Shown piece after piece: positions 1 through 9,352 of a stretch of 64,000 nucleotides of DNA. The notes under the pieces are model-generated. The model had not been told where the DNA came from. It saw only the letters and a program-made list of their open reading frames with translations, and did no database searches. Each line of letters starts with the position of its first letter. Positions within the stretch are counted from its first letter, which is position 1. Source of the DNA: Planctomycetota bacterium (GTDB taxonomy: Bacteria; Planctomycetota; PLA2; JAEUHO01). The stretch covers positions 256,001 through 320,000 of the forward strand of contig CBDCWP010000021.1 of assembly GCA_965223505.1 (NCBI GenBank). Direction: 5' to 3'. The translations under genes and the position numbers were made by a program.

Positions 1-123
1 ACCACGCGCGAAGCCGCTCATCAGGATCACCAGCGTCGTGATCAGAGAGACGCCCAACAACGTGAGCAGCGTCCGCGTGCGGCGGCGCCAGAGGTTTCGG
101 AGGGCATAGGCGAAGGGCAGCAT
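1..123 (-). CDS. ABC transporter permease (FtsX/MacB-like), N-terminal part only; runs off the window
   Basis: Reverse translation MLPFAYALRNLWRRRTRTLLTLLGVSLITTLVILMSGFARG is a typical MacB/FtsX permease N-terminus; ATG overlaps the stop of the upstream permease. Confidence 0.85.
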   Translation of the reverse strand, partial: MLPFAYALRNLWRRRTRTLLTLLGVSLITTLVILMSGFARG

Positions 124-1265
124 CAGTCGGGTTTCACCGCGAGTGCGAGGTTGCGGCGGAAGGTCTGAACGGCCGGGCCGATGGCGGCGAAGACGCCGAC
201 CAGCAGCGTCACGACGCCGGCGGCCCAGATCAACGGCAGGTCCGGTTCGATGTCGATGCCCCAGCCCTCGACGCCGAGCGTGAGCGGATCGCTCAACAGC
301 CAGCCGGCGACGGCGCCGACGCCGAGCACCGCACCGAAGACGCTCAGCGACAGGCTCTCCGCGAGAACGAGCCCCGAGAGGATGCCCGGTGTCACGCCGA
401 GCGTCTCCATGACCCCGAGCTCGGCGCTTCGCGTCTGCGCGCTGATGTAGACGGTGTTGCCCAGAATCAGGATCACGACCGCGACGGCCAAGTATCCGAG
501 CATGCGCGCGAAGTCCACGACCTCGTTGACCTCGCCGACGGCGCCTTGCACGAACGCCTGCATGGTCTTCGTGTCGGTGGGCTGCTCGTCCGTCCGGAAG
601 CGTTCGTCGATCTGTCTCGCGATCTGCTCGGGATTCGAGCCCGGCTTCAGCCGCACCATGAACTGCGTCGCGATGCCCTGCTTGTCGCGTGCCAGCTGCA
701 GCTGGTCGAGGTTGACGAAGGCCAGGTTGTCCAGACCCGCGGTCTCGGAGCCGATGATGCCGGCGACGTGCACGTCGACGTTGCCGAGCCGGACGCGGTC
801 CCCCGGCCGCAGTCCTCGACGCTTTGCGAGGCGCTGCCCCACGAGCGCGCCGTCGCTGCGCTGCGCCCAGTTGCGGGCGTCGCCGGCAAGCGTCTGGAAA
901 TCGTGGATCTCGTCGAGGCCCTTGCCCGGTACGCCATGCAGCGTCACGAGGTCCAGGTTCGCGCGGCAGGAGTTGATGAACAGCAGCGTCGGCAGCACCG
1001 ACTCGACACCGTCCATGCGTTCGATCTCGGACTGATAGCGCATCGGCAGCTCGGACGTCAACGGACAGAAACGGCTGCTCTGGAACACGACGAGCACCGG
1101 CTGGTCGGCGGAGTCCGACAGCCGGTCCACACCGCTCTCGAGCATCCGCACGAACGCGAACAGCGCCATCGCCAGCGCCATGCCGAGCACCGTGAGGATC
1201 GATCGCGTTCGAGCGCGCACAACGGTGCGCCGCACGTACGTCAGCAGCTTGAAGAACACGCTCAT
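123..1265 (-). CDS. ABC transporter permease (FtsX/MacB family)
   Basis: Start trimmed to MSVFFKLL (ATG 1265, overlapping the ATPase stop); RTRSILTVLG TM1, periplasmic core, C-terminal R.ELGVMETLG motif and three TMs. Confidence 0.9.
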   Translation of the reverse strand: MSVFFKLLTYVRRTVVRARTRSILTVLGMALAMALFAFVRMLESGVDRLSDSADQPVLVVFQSSRFCPLTSELPMRYQSEIERMDGVESVLPTLLFINSCRANLDLVTLHGVPGKGLDEIHDFQTLAGDARNWAQRSDGALVGQRLAKRRGLRPGDRVRLGNVDVHVAGIIGSETAGLDNLAFVNLDQLQLARDKQGIATQFMVRLKPGSNPEQIARQIDERFRTDEQPTDTKTMQAFVQGAVGEVNEVVDFARMLGYLAVAVVILILGNTVYISAQTRSAELGVMETLGVTPGILSGLVLAESLSLSVFGAVLGVGAVAGWLLSDPLTLGVEGWGIDIEPDLPLIWAAGVVTLLVGVFAAIGPAVQTFRRNLALAVKPD

Positions 1266-1984
1266 GATGCGTCTCCTTCGGCGATCGTCTGCGGCTCGGG
1301 ATCCGTGATGCGACCCTTGTCGAGATGGATCACGCGCTCGGCGACGGCTGCGGCGCGCGGATCGTGCGTCACCATCACCAACGTCTGGCCGAAACGCCGG
1401 TGTAGCTCGGAGAGGAGCGCCAGCACGGCCTTCGCCGCCGTCTCGTCGAGGTTCCCGGTCGGCTCGTCCGCGAGCAACAGCTCCGGCCCCGCCACGATGG
1501 CGCGCGCGATCGCAACGCGTTGCTGCTGCCCGCCGGACATCTCGCGCGGCAGATGGTCGGACCGGTCCGAGAGCTGCACGGCTTCGAGCGCGACCTCCAC
1601 CTTGCGCCGGCGCTCCGCCTTCGAGAGCTTCGTGAGCAGGAGGGGAAGCTCCACGTTCTCGAACGCCGTCAACACCGGCACGAGGTTGTACTGCTGGAAG
1701 ACGAAGCCGACCGACTCGTTGCGCCACGCGGCAAGCGCGCGAGCGCTCAGGTTCGAGACGCGCGTGTCGCCGATGTCGATCGCGCCGTGGGTGGGTCGAT
1801 CGATCCCAGCGAGAAGATGCAGGAGCGTCGTCTTGCCGCTACCGCTCGGGCCCATGAGCGCGACGAATTCGCCTTCGGCGATGTCGAGATCGAGATTCTC
1901 GAGCGGCGTCACGTCCTCGCCCTTGCCGAAGAAGGTCTTGGTCAGGCCGCGGATGCGAATCAGGGATTTGCGCTCGGTCATCAC
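1262..1984 (-). CDS. ABC transporter ATP-binding protein (LolD/MacB type)
   Basis: Walker A GPSGSGKT, signature MSGGQQQRV, Walker B LLLADEPTGNLD, VTHD. Confidence 0.95.
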   Translation of the reverse strand: MMTERKSLIRIRGLTKTFFGKGEDVTPLENLDLDIAEGEFVALMGPSGSGKTTLLHLLAGIDRPTHGAIDIGDTRVSNLSARALAAWRNESVGFVFQQYNLVPVLTAFENVELPLLLTKLSKAERRRKVEVALEAVQLSDRSDHLPREMSGGQQQRVAIARAIVAGPELLLADEPTGNLDETAAKAVLALLSELHRRFGQTLVMVTHDPRAAAVAERVIHLDKGRITDPEPQTIAEGDAS

Positions 1985-3528
1985 GGTTTCCTCACGGCTT
2001 CGCCGTCACGGACGACGTCGAGAATCACCTTCGAGGAGAGGCCGAGGCGGGCTTCCACCTCGGTCCACTCCCCGTCTTCGCGGATCGTTCGGACGGGCAC
2101 GCGTCTGGCCTTGCCGCCTTCGGTCGGGTCGTAGACGAAGACCGCGCCGTCGCGAATCGCTGCCGTCCTCACGAGCACGACCGACGGTCGATCCCCCGCC
2201 GGCCGCTCGGCGCCATCGTTCTTCACCTCGAAGCGCGCCCGGCAGAGCATCTCGGGGCGCAGCAGCGGATCCGGTTCCTCGATGCGCACCTTCACCTGCA
2301 GGGTGTTCTTGTTGAGATCGGCCTCGTGCACGAGGCGATCGACGACGCCGCGGAACGCGCGGTCGCCGACGGCATCTACCTTGATCTCGACCTTCGTCCC
2401 CGCGCCGATGCCCCGCACGTCGGGTAGCAACACGTCCACGCGCGCGGCAAGGCGGGACGGGTCGTAGAGCGAAACAAGGGTCCCCGTAAGGCGGTTGAGA
2501 CTGCCTGTCGATCCGGTGCCGGATCCCTCGCCCTCCCGGAAGTCCCCCTGCGGGCCGACGAGCGCGCCGGGCGCGCTCTCCAGCCGCAGCACGATGCCGT
2601 CGACGGGCGACGTCACGGTCAACGCGTCGACGAGCCGCTGCACGGTGCGAAGGACGACCTGCGCTTCTTCGCGCGCAGCGATCGCGCGCGCGTGCTCCGC
2701 CCGTCGAACGGCGACGTCGCCGGCCAGGTCGCGCGGATCGCGCAGGCCTTCCTCGGCGATCTCGAGCAACGCTTCGAGCCGCGCGACGTCGGCCTCGGCC
2801 TCGGCCTTGCGCGACCGCATCTCCTTCGCGCGCGCAGCGGCCTCTTTGACACGCGCGGACGCGCGGTCCTTGGCAAGCGGGGTGACGCTGCCGGCCAGCT
2901 CGAGCTCCTCCTGCGCGCGCAGATCCACCCATGCACGCTCCTCCGCGGCATCGGCCTCCGCCGCATGGGCGTTGCGGGTCTCGACGTTCTTCCGCGCCGC
3001 GGCGAGCTGTCCCGCAAGCGTCGCGACGTTCGCCCGCAGGTCGAGCTTCTGCTCGAGGAGCGACGCGGCGACGTCGAGCCTGGCCTTCGCCTCGGCTTCT
3101 TCGGCCGTGCGCACGTCGAGCTGCGCCTTGGCGCGCTCCTTCTCGTTCTCGACGTCGAGGTTGCGCAGGACGCCGATGACCGTCTCGTCCTTCACGACCG
3201 CCTGGCCCTCGAGAACGTCCAGGCGTTCGACGACGCCCGTTACGAGCGGCCGAACCGTGATCGGGAACGGATCGGCTTCCAGCCACCCCGCCGCCTCGAC
3301 ATAGGTGGCCGAGCGGCTCATGGAAACATCGCCGCCGACGACGCGCACGCTGCTGAGCTGCACGGTCCGCGGCGGGAACAACACGGGCTCCAGCACGGCG
3401 TAGAGCACGGCGAGCGCGCCCAGCACCAGCACCGCGATCATCAGACGCGGCAGCACGGGCTTGCGCGGCGCTCGCGGCGCCTGCGCCTCGGTCTTGCGCA
3501 GTGCCTCCAGATTCGGTCCGCTGCTCAT
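1981..3528 (-). CDS. Efflux periplasmic adaptor (membrane fusion protein, HlyD/MacA family)
   Basis: N-terminal TM, lipoyl half-motifs (GVVERLDVLEGQAV; SPVDGIV), long coiled coil, LRPEM beta-barrel motif. Confidence 0.9.
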   Translation of the reverse strand: MSSGPNLEALRKTEAQAPRAPRKPVLPRLMIAVLVLGALAVLYAVLEPVLFPPRTVQLSSVRVVGGDVSMSRSATYVEAAGWLEADPFPITVRPLVTGVVERLDVLEGQAVVKDETVIGVLRNLDVENEKERAKAQLDVRTAEEAEAKARLDVAASLLEQKLDLRANVATLAGQLAAARKNVETRNAHAAEADAAEERAWVDLRAQEELELAGSVTPLAKDRASARVKEAAARAKEMRSRKAEAEADVARLEALLEIAEEGLRDPRDLAGDVAVRRAEHARAIAAREEAQVVLRTVQRLVDALTVTSPVDGIVLRLESAPGALVGPQGDFREGEGSGTGSTGSLNRLTGTLVSLYDPSRLAARVDVLLPDVRGIGAGTKVEIKVDAVGDRAFRGVVDRLVHEADLNKNTLQVKVRIEEPDPLLRPEMLCRARFEVKNDGAERPAGDRPSVVLVRTAAIRDGAVFVYDPTEGGKARRVPVRTIREDGEWTEVEARLGLSSKVILDVVRDGEAVRKP

Positions 3529-4754
3529 CGCGCACCTCCTCCGACCATCGCGGCCGTCGGCCAGCCCGCCGCGCGCGCCGCGGCGACGCGAGCGCGAACG
3601 AGCGCAATCGTCGCGTTGCGAAGCTCTCGGAACGCCTGCACCTGCGTTCCCATCACGAGCACGGCGCTCGTGAACGCATTCGGGTCGTCGCCCAGGCGTC
3701 CGACCTCCGCTTCGAGCAGCGCGGTGGCGGCTTCGAGGCGCGCGCGGGCGCCGTCGGCACGTGCTTCTGCGGCTTCCAACGTCAGGGCCGTCGAAGCCGC
3801 GTCGTGCATCGCCTCCAACACGCCCGCATCGAGATCGGCGAACGCCGCCGCGCGCGCCGCCTCGGCCACACGCGCTTCGGCCGGCGCATCGAGCGGCAGC
3901 GAGATGCGCAACAGCTGCACGGGAATCTCCAGATCGAAGTTCCCGCCGAGGGCGAGACCGACGTCCGGCGTCTGCTCCGCCACGGCGAGTCGGAACCTGT
4001 GGTCGGCCACGCAGTACCTGGCGTACAGGGTTTGAATGTCGCCACGCGCGAGCAGCAGCTTCTTGCGGTCGGCTGCAGGCGCTGTCGGCCAGCCCAGGGG
4101 CGCCGCGACGATCGCCGCCTCGTCCTCGGGGCCGGAGCCGATCAAGCGCGCGATGTCACGACGCGCGTCACGACGCTGCGCGTCGAGGATGCGGCGCTCG
4201 GAGTCGCGCTCGACCAGTGCGGCGTGCGCCGCTTCGCCGGCGGACGTCGAAACGAGCCCCGCCTGCGTGTACGCCTCGACGTCGAGCTCGTCCGACGGAA
4301 CGCGCAGATCGGCCAGCGCGCGCTCGAGCGCGTAGGCAAGCGCGAGCTCGCCGACGAGATCGCGCGCCTGCTGGTGGTGCGCGCGGATCCGCTCGCTTCG
4401 AATCGAGCGGGCAAGCGCCTTCTCGGCCGCACGCGGGCCGATCCCCAGTAACGCGAGAATGTCGGTGCCGATCAGCGTCTCGGTGACGTCGCCGTCGGCG
4501 ACCTTCAGCGAGCCGAGCAGCGGGTCCGGACCGGGATCGAGATTGACGGCCGCGATGCGCGCGCGCGCCGCGCGCAAGGCTGGATTGCGCAACACGACGA
4601 GCTCGGCGGCCTCTGCGAACGCCAACGGACGCTGCGGCACGTCCGGAACGCGCGTTAGCGATCGGCGGGGGCTCGCCACGAGGGGCCGGTAGCTCACGCA
4701 ACCGGTCAACAGCAAGAGCGCCACCACGGCGGTGGATCTGGAGAAGCAGGACAA
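3525..4754 (-). CDS. TolC-family outer membrane efflux lipoprotein
   Basis: Lipobox LLTGC, RNPALRAAR motif, Ala-rich helical repeats; first gene of the efflux operon. Confidence 0.75.
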   Translation of the reverse strand: MSCFSRSTAVVALLLLTGCVSYRPLVASPRRSLTRVPDVPQRPLAFAEAAELVVLRNPALRAARARIAAVNLDPGPDPLLGSLKVADGDVTETLIGTDILALLGIGPRAAEKALARSIRSERIRAHHQQARDLVGELALAYALERALADLRVPSDELDVEAYTQAGLVSTSAGEAAHAALVERDSERRILDAQRRDARRDIARLIGSGPEDEAAIVAAPLGWPTAPAADRKKLLLARGDIQTLYARYCVADHRFRLAVAEQTPDVGLALGGNFDLEIPVQLLRISLPLDAPAEARVAEAARAAAFADLDAGVLEAMHDAASTALTLEAAEARADGARARLEAATALLEAEVGRLGDDPNAFTSAVLVMGTQVQAFRELRNATIALVRARVAAARAAGWPTAAMVGGGAR

Positions 4755-4829
4755 GAGAGAACCTCGAAACGAAGGAACGCGAGTGAGAACACGGCGCGCG
4801 CGTAGCGGCCATGACGCTCGTTTCGAGGT

Positions 4830-5207
4830 CTAGACGATGAGAACTTCCGTCGATGCCGCTGGCGATGAGTCGTAGATCTCCACCTGCGGCGGGACGAGAT
4901 CGACCGCGCGAGGCGCGTCGACTTCGAACGACGGAAGGAATGCGGTGAGAGCGGGAGCGTCGAGCGTGACGCGATCACCGACCGGCGGGAGCTCGTGCAT
5001 GCACCCGACCGAGCTGCAGGTCGGGCAGTCGTCGGTGCCCGACTTCATCGGCGCCTTCTCGGCGGCCTTCTCGGCGCAGCAGGCGCACGGCGCCTCGTCC
5101 GTGGTGTCGCCGACCAGCACGCCCGCGTACAGGCAGGGGCACGTGCCCCACGCCAGAACGACGAAGGAGAGCACGGCGGTCAGGGCGATGGCTCCGGTCT
5201 TGCGCAT
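4830..5207 (-). CDS. Small exported Cys-rich protein (possible metal-binding leader of the efflux operon)
   Basis: Hydrophobic N-terminus then CPC, CACC and CPTC..GCMH motifs; directly upstream of the TolC gene. Confidence 0.6.
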   Translation of the reverse strand: MRKTGAIALTAVLSFVVLAWGTCPCLYAGVLVGDTTDEAPCACCAEKAAEKAPMKSGTDDCPTCSSVGCMHELPPVGDRVTLDAPALTAFLPSFEVDAPRAVDLVPPQVEIYDSSPAASTEVLIV

Positions 5208-5331
5208 TCGAGAATCAGCTTACGGCAGGTCGGCGGGCAAAGCACATCCCGCTTCCAACCGTCGGACGAACGTTCGCCAAACGGTGTTCCGCGGCGTCGG
5301 GCACGGTCGCCCCGGAGGCCCGACAGAGCGC

Positions 5332-6126
5332 CTATCGTTCGGTCTTGAACAGCTTCGAGGGCTTGGATTTGTTCGCCTTGTACGCCTCGTGCCAGGCCTC
5401 GGCCGTCTCGAAGCTCTGGCCCGTCAGCTTGTTCAGCGCGGCGATCAGAGGGGCCTGGAGGCTGCGGAAGCGGGCCCGCGCGGCGCCACCCATGCCGCGA
5501 TTGCTGCCGCCTCGCACGGCGCCGGGCGCCAACGACGCCATGAACTCGATCAGCTGCTTGAGAATCTTGACGCGCTGCTTCGAGTAGCTGTAGCTCCCGA
5601 GCGCGCGCACCGCGGCGGTGGCGGCGTTCATGTCCTTGCCCTTCTTGGCGAGGTTGAACAGGTCCTTGACCGCGGTGTCGGGCGCGAGCTTGTCGACGGC
5701 GCTCAATACGCGCATCTCGAGCTGCCCGGCCGTTTCGTCCTTCTCCTTCGGCATGAACTTCTTGAGCTGCTTGTAGGCGCCCTTCTCGTCGTAGAGCTCG
5801 CCCAGGGCGTCGACCGCCTCGAGACGCAGGACGATCACGAGATCCTTGTCCTTCACCACGTCGCCGATCGCGTCCTGCAACTTCGAACGCGCGGCGGGGG
5901 TGCGCAGCTTGTTGTGAAGCGCGACCGCTTGCTTGTAGGTGACCTTCAGGCCGGCGCGGTCCTTCGCCTCGTGCTGCGCCTCGATCTTCTCGACGAGCTT
6001 CGCGGCGTCCTTGACCCGGTACTCCTCGTCCGGATCGGAGGCGAAGGCGGTTCCGCAGCAAACGACGAACGCGACGGCGATTCCGATTCGCCGTCGCGTC
6101 GCAGAGTGATCGGTGCGGTTCGTCAT
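5332..6126 (-). CDS. Secreted HEAT-repeat-like protein
   Basis: Start trimmed to MTNRTDH (ATG 6126); signal peptide ...GTAFA; LRLEAVDALG and AAVRALG HEAT-like units. Confidence 0.7.
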   Translation of the reverse strand: MTNRTDHSATRRRIGIAVAFVVCCGTAFASDPDEEYRVKDAAKLVEKIEAQHEAKDRAGLKVTYKQAVALHNKLRTPAARSKLQDAIGDVVKDKDLVIVLRLEAVDALGELYDEKGAYKQLKKFMPKEKDETAGQLEMRVLSAVDKLAPDTAVKDLFNLAKKGKDMNAATAAVRALGSYSYSKQRVKILKQLIEFMASLAPGAVRGGSNRGMGGAARARFRSLQAPLIAALNKLTGQSFETAEAWHEAYKANKSKPSKLFKTER

Positions 6127-6224
6127 CGTTCCCTGAAACACAGGGTACCGGCGACGGTTGCGAATTGACTCTCGAAGGGGCCGCAAGGCCCTGAGCAGCG
6201 CGCAGGCCGCCCACCGTCGAACGG

Positions 6225-7157
6225 CTATTCGCCGTCGCCGTCCTTCTTGCCGCCGTCGCCGTCCTTCTTCTCGCCGCCGTCGTCGCCTTCCTTTTTCTCG
6301 CCTTCGCCCTCGCCTTCCTTCTTCTCGCCTTCGCCTTCGCCTTCCTTTGCGTTGGCGGCCTCCTCGGCGGCGGCTTCGGCCTCTTCCTTCTCGCGCTCGA
6401 GCGCCTCTTCCAGCGCCCGCTCGGCCTCCTTCTTCGCGCGCCGAACGGTCGGCTGGGCGACCTTCAGGGGCAGCAGGAACGGACGCATCATCGCACCCTC
6501 GCCCACGCCTTCCTGCTGGACGGCGATGCCCGCCACAGCGCCTTCGGCGTTGTAGAGCGGCTCGGCGATGAAGTTGCCCGCGCCCTGCACGGCCCACATC
6601 GTGCGCGGCTTGGTGACGCGGCCGACGACGCGGACCTCGTCGCACATCGGCGCGTGGTCGAAGCCCTGACCCAGGCGCGTGACGCCGTAGAGCGTGTCAC
6701 CGATCTTCGGCTCGACGGTCTGGGTGAGATCGACGACGGTGATCTCCTTGCCCTCGAGATCCTTGATCAGGACGAAACCCAGGCCGAGCTTGCTGTCCTT
6801 CGCGCCGAGGATCGCCGGGTACTCCTTCTCGTCACCGGGGAAGATGACGCGCAGGTTGGTGGGCGTCGCCTTCGCATCGACCTGCATACCGAAACGCGGC
6901 GCGTTGAACAGCCCGGCCGGCGCCATCACGAGCCCCGCGGGATCGACGAGCACGCCCGTCGCCTCGCGGTTGAACTCGCGGTCGATGTTCTGCCCCTGGA
7001 AGTTGATCTGCACGGCCAGCACGAACTTGAGTTGGACGACGGCGGCAGCCTTCGTCTCGATCAGCTGACCGTGCGGCGTGTCGCCCCTCGCCGTAGCCGA
7101 CGCGAGACACAGGACGGCGACCGCGGCGGCCGCCGAACCGAATTTGCGAATGTTCAT
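6225..7157 (-). CDS. Secreted trypsin-fold protein lacking the catalytic triad, with an acidic Gly/Lys/Glu repeat tail
   Basis: ATGVLVDPAGLV and PLYNAEGAVAGI match trypsin/HtrA strands, but the His and GNSGG motifs are absent; signal peptide. Confidence 0.7.
   Translation of the reverse strand: MNIRKFGSAAAAVAVLCLASATARGDTPHGQLIETKAAAVVQLKFVLAVQINFQGQNIDREFNREATGVLVDPAGLVMAPAGLFNAPRFGMQVDAKATPTNLRVIFPGDEKEYPAILGAKDSKLGLGFVLIKDLEGKEITVVDLTQTVEPKIGDTLYGVTRLGQGFDHAPMCDEVRVVGRVTKPRTMWAVQGAGNFIAEPLYNAEGAVAGIAVQQEGVGEGAMMRPFLLPLKVAQPTVRRAKKEAERALEEALEREKEEAEAAAEEAANAKEGEGEGEKKEGEGEGEKKEGDDGGEKKDGDGGKKDGDGE
6229..6348 (-). repeat. Imperfect in-frame tandem repeats (21-27 nt units) encoding KEGEGEGEK/KDGDGGK
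   Basis: Visible repeated tcgcc(t/g)tc...cttctt units. Confidence 0.8.
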
Positions 7158-7184
7158 CAATCTGCTCCTTCCACAGCCCTTGGT

Positions 7185-9245
7185 CTAGTTGTCGCGCGGC
7201 CAATCCGGCTGCACGAAGACGAAGGCTGTGGAGCGCCCCCGCCGGACAAAGAATCGAATGCGCTTCGGCCGCTCGTCGGCGAGCCGCTTCACGAACTCCT
7301 TGAACGCCTTGATCGTCCTGATCTCCTCGCCCTGAATCCGCAAGATCATGTCGCCCGAACGCAGGCCGGCCACGTTGGCCCAGCTGCCGAGCGTGACGTC
7401 GGCCACCATCAGGCCTTCGTACTCCTTCGTGAGCTCGAGGTCCACGCGGTCCATGTAGGTGAGCTCGCGAACCTTGTACTCGAGGAGCTCGTCCTCGGCG
7501 GAGCGAGCGTCGGCGGCCGTCTCGGGGGTCTCTTCCAGCGTGACCGAGACCTCGATCTCCTTCAGGCCGCGAATGACGGCGAGCTTGGCGTCGACGCCGA
7601 TGTCCATGTCCTCGATCTTGTGCCTCAAGATCTGCGCGTCCTGAAGGCTCGTTGCGTTCAGCTCGTCACCGTCGACCGCCGTGATGATGTCGCCCGCCTT
7701 CAGGCCGGCCTTCTCCGCCTCGGTCCAGGGCAGGACGCGCGTGACGCGGAAGCCCTTCTTGCCTTCGAGGTTGAGCGCCGTGGCGACCTTCGGCGTCAAC
7801 ACCTGCGTCTGCACGCCGAGCCACGCCTTGGCCAGCTCACCGCTGCCGCGACGGCTGGGCTTCTTGGACATGTCGAGCACCGTGATCATGTCCCGCTTGC
7901 CGCGACGGAACTTCACCGACAGCGCCTTGCTGCGCTTGTGCTTCCGCATCAAGCGGGCGAAGTCCTCACTGTTCTTCACGGGCTTGCCCGCGATCTCGAG
8001 GATCACGTCGCCCGAACGAAGCGCCGGCTTGGCCGCGTCGGGCGGGCCGCCGGGGCGCAGGGTGCGAAGCAGGACGCCGTCGGTGTTCGGGTAGTTGCGC
8101 GAAAAGGCCATCATCGTCGTGATGTCCATGGCGCTGACGCCCCAGATGGAGTACGCCTGCTCTTCGCCGGCGTGCTTCTCCATGGGCGCGACCATGACGT
8201 CGATCGAGTGGATCTCGCCGCCGCGCTCGTAGACGACCTTGGCCGGCTTGTTCTGCGGAAGATCCGCGATGCGCGACAACAGCGTCGGCACGTCCTCGAA
8301 ACCCTGGACGGAGACGCGCTCACCCGCGATCGAGACGATCACGTCGCCCGGCTGAATGCCCGCCTTGTCGGCGGGACCGCCGGGCATCACGGCCGAGACC
8401 AGGGCGCCGTCCTCGCGCTCGAGGTGATTGACGGGGTCCACCGAGAGGCCCACGAACCCGCGGCGAACTTCGCCGTAGGTCAGGGCCTGGTTCAACACCT
8501 TCGTGACCATGTTCGAAGGGATGGCGAAGCCCACGCCGCCGCCGCCGCGCGTGTTGATCCCGACGATCTCACCCTGGAGGTTGATGAGCGGGCCGCCGCT
8601 GTTGCCGGGCAGGATCAGCGCGTCGTGCTGGATCCACTGGTTGAAGATGCCGGTCGCGTTTCCGCCGAGCTGCATCGACTCGATGCGGTCGCCCGTGAAG
8701 CTGGTGAAGACGCGCGCCGTGTTCGAGACGATGCCGAGCGTCACCGAGCTGCTCATCGCGTGGGGGTTGCCCATCGCGAGCACCTGGTCGCCGACGCGCA
8801 GCTTCGACGAGTCGCCCACGGCCGCGAACGCCACCGGCTTCGTCGTGTCCTTGCGCTGGTCGAGCCGCATCTTGAGGATGCAGAGGTCGGTGAAGGGGTC
8901 GCCGCAGATGATGTCGGCGTCGACGACCTCACCGGTGGTCAGCTTGCACGTCACACGCGTCGCGTCACCGGCGACGTGGTAGTTGGTGACGACGTAGCCG
9001 CCGGGGCTGACGACCACACCGCTGCCCGCGCCGGGCGCCCGCATCTCACGTCCCTGCACGAACTGGCGCGCGATCACCGCGATGTTGACGAGCGCCGGGT
9101 AGACCCGGTCGCGCGCGAACTCGACGGCCTTGCGGACCTTGGCTTCTTCGTCCGTCTCGGCGCGAACCGTGGGAGGAGCGAAAGTCCCGACGGCGATGAG
9201 CAATGCAAGTGACAGCGTGAAAAGGCGAAGGCGAGACGACATCAC
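7185..9245 (-). CDS. HtrA/DegP-family serine protease with about four PDZ domains
   Basis: TNYHV, DPFTDL, PGNSGGPL triad motifs; repeated AG(I/L)..GD.I PDZ motifs. Confidence 0.92.
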   Translation of the reverse strand: MMSSRLRLFTLSLALLIAVGTFAPPTVRAETDEEAKVRKAVEFARDRVYPALVNIAVIARQFVQGREMRAPGAGSGVVVSPGGYVVTNYHVAGDATRVTCKLTTGEVVDADIICGDPFTDLCILKMRLDQRKDTTKPVAFAAVGDSSKLRVGDQVLAMGNPHAMSSSVTLGIVSNTARVFTSFTGDRIESMQLGGNATGIFNQWIQHDALILPGNSGGPLINLQGEIVGINTRGGGGVGFAIPSNMVTKVLNQALTYGEVRRGFVGLSVDPVNHLEREDGALVSAVMPGGPADKAGIQPGDVIVSIAGERVSVQGFEDVPTLLSRIADLPQNKPAKVVYERGGEIHSIDVMVAPMEKHAGEEQAYSIWGVSAMDITTMMAFSRNYPNTDGVLLRTLRPGGPPDAAKPALRSGDVILEIAGKPVKNSEDFARLMRKHKRSKALSVKFRRGKRDMITVLDMSKKPSRRGSGELAKAWLGVQTQVLTPKVATALNLEGKKGFRVTRVLPWTEAEKAGLKAGDIITAVDGDELNATSLQDAQILRHKIEDMDIGVDAKLAVIRGLKEIEVSVTLEETPETAADARSAEDELLEYKVRELTYMDRVDLELTKEYEGLMVADVTLGSWANVAGLRSGDMILRIQGEEIRTIKAFKEFVKRLADERPKRIRFFVRRGRSTAFVFVQPDWPRDN

Positions 9246-9352
9246 GGAAACCTCCGGAAGAGCGGGTCGAGCCCACGGGCAGGGGGCGCGAGTTTAGCCC
9301 GTTTCCAGCGCGTTGGGGCTCGGCGCCGAAGCGTTTCACGCCCAAAGGCCCC

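Noticed and set aside
6229..6348. CRISPR-like array
   Set aside because: In-frame low-complexity coding repeats without unique spacers; no cas genes in the window
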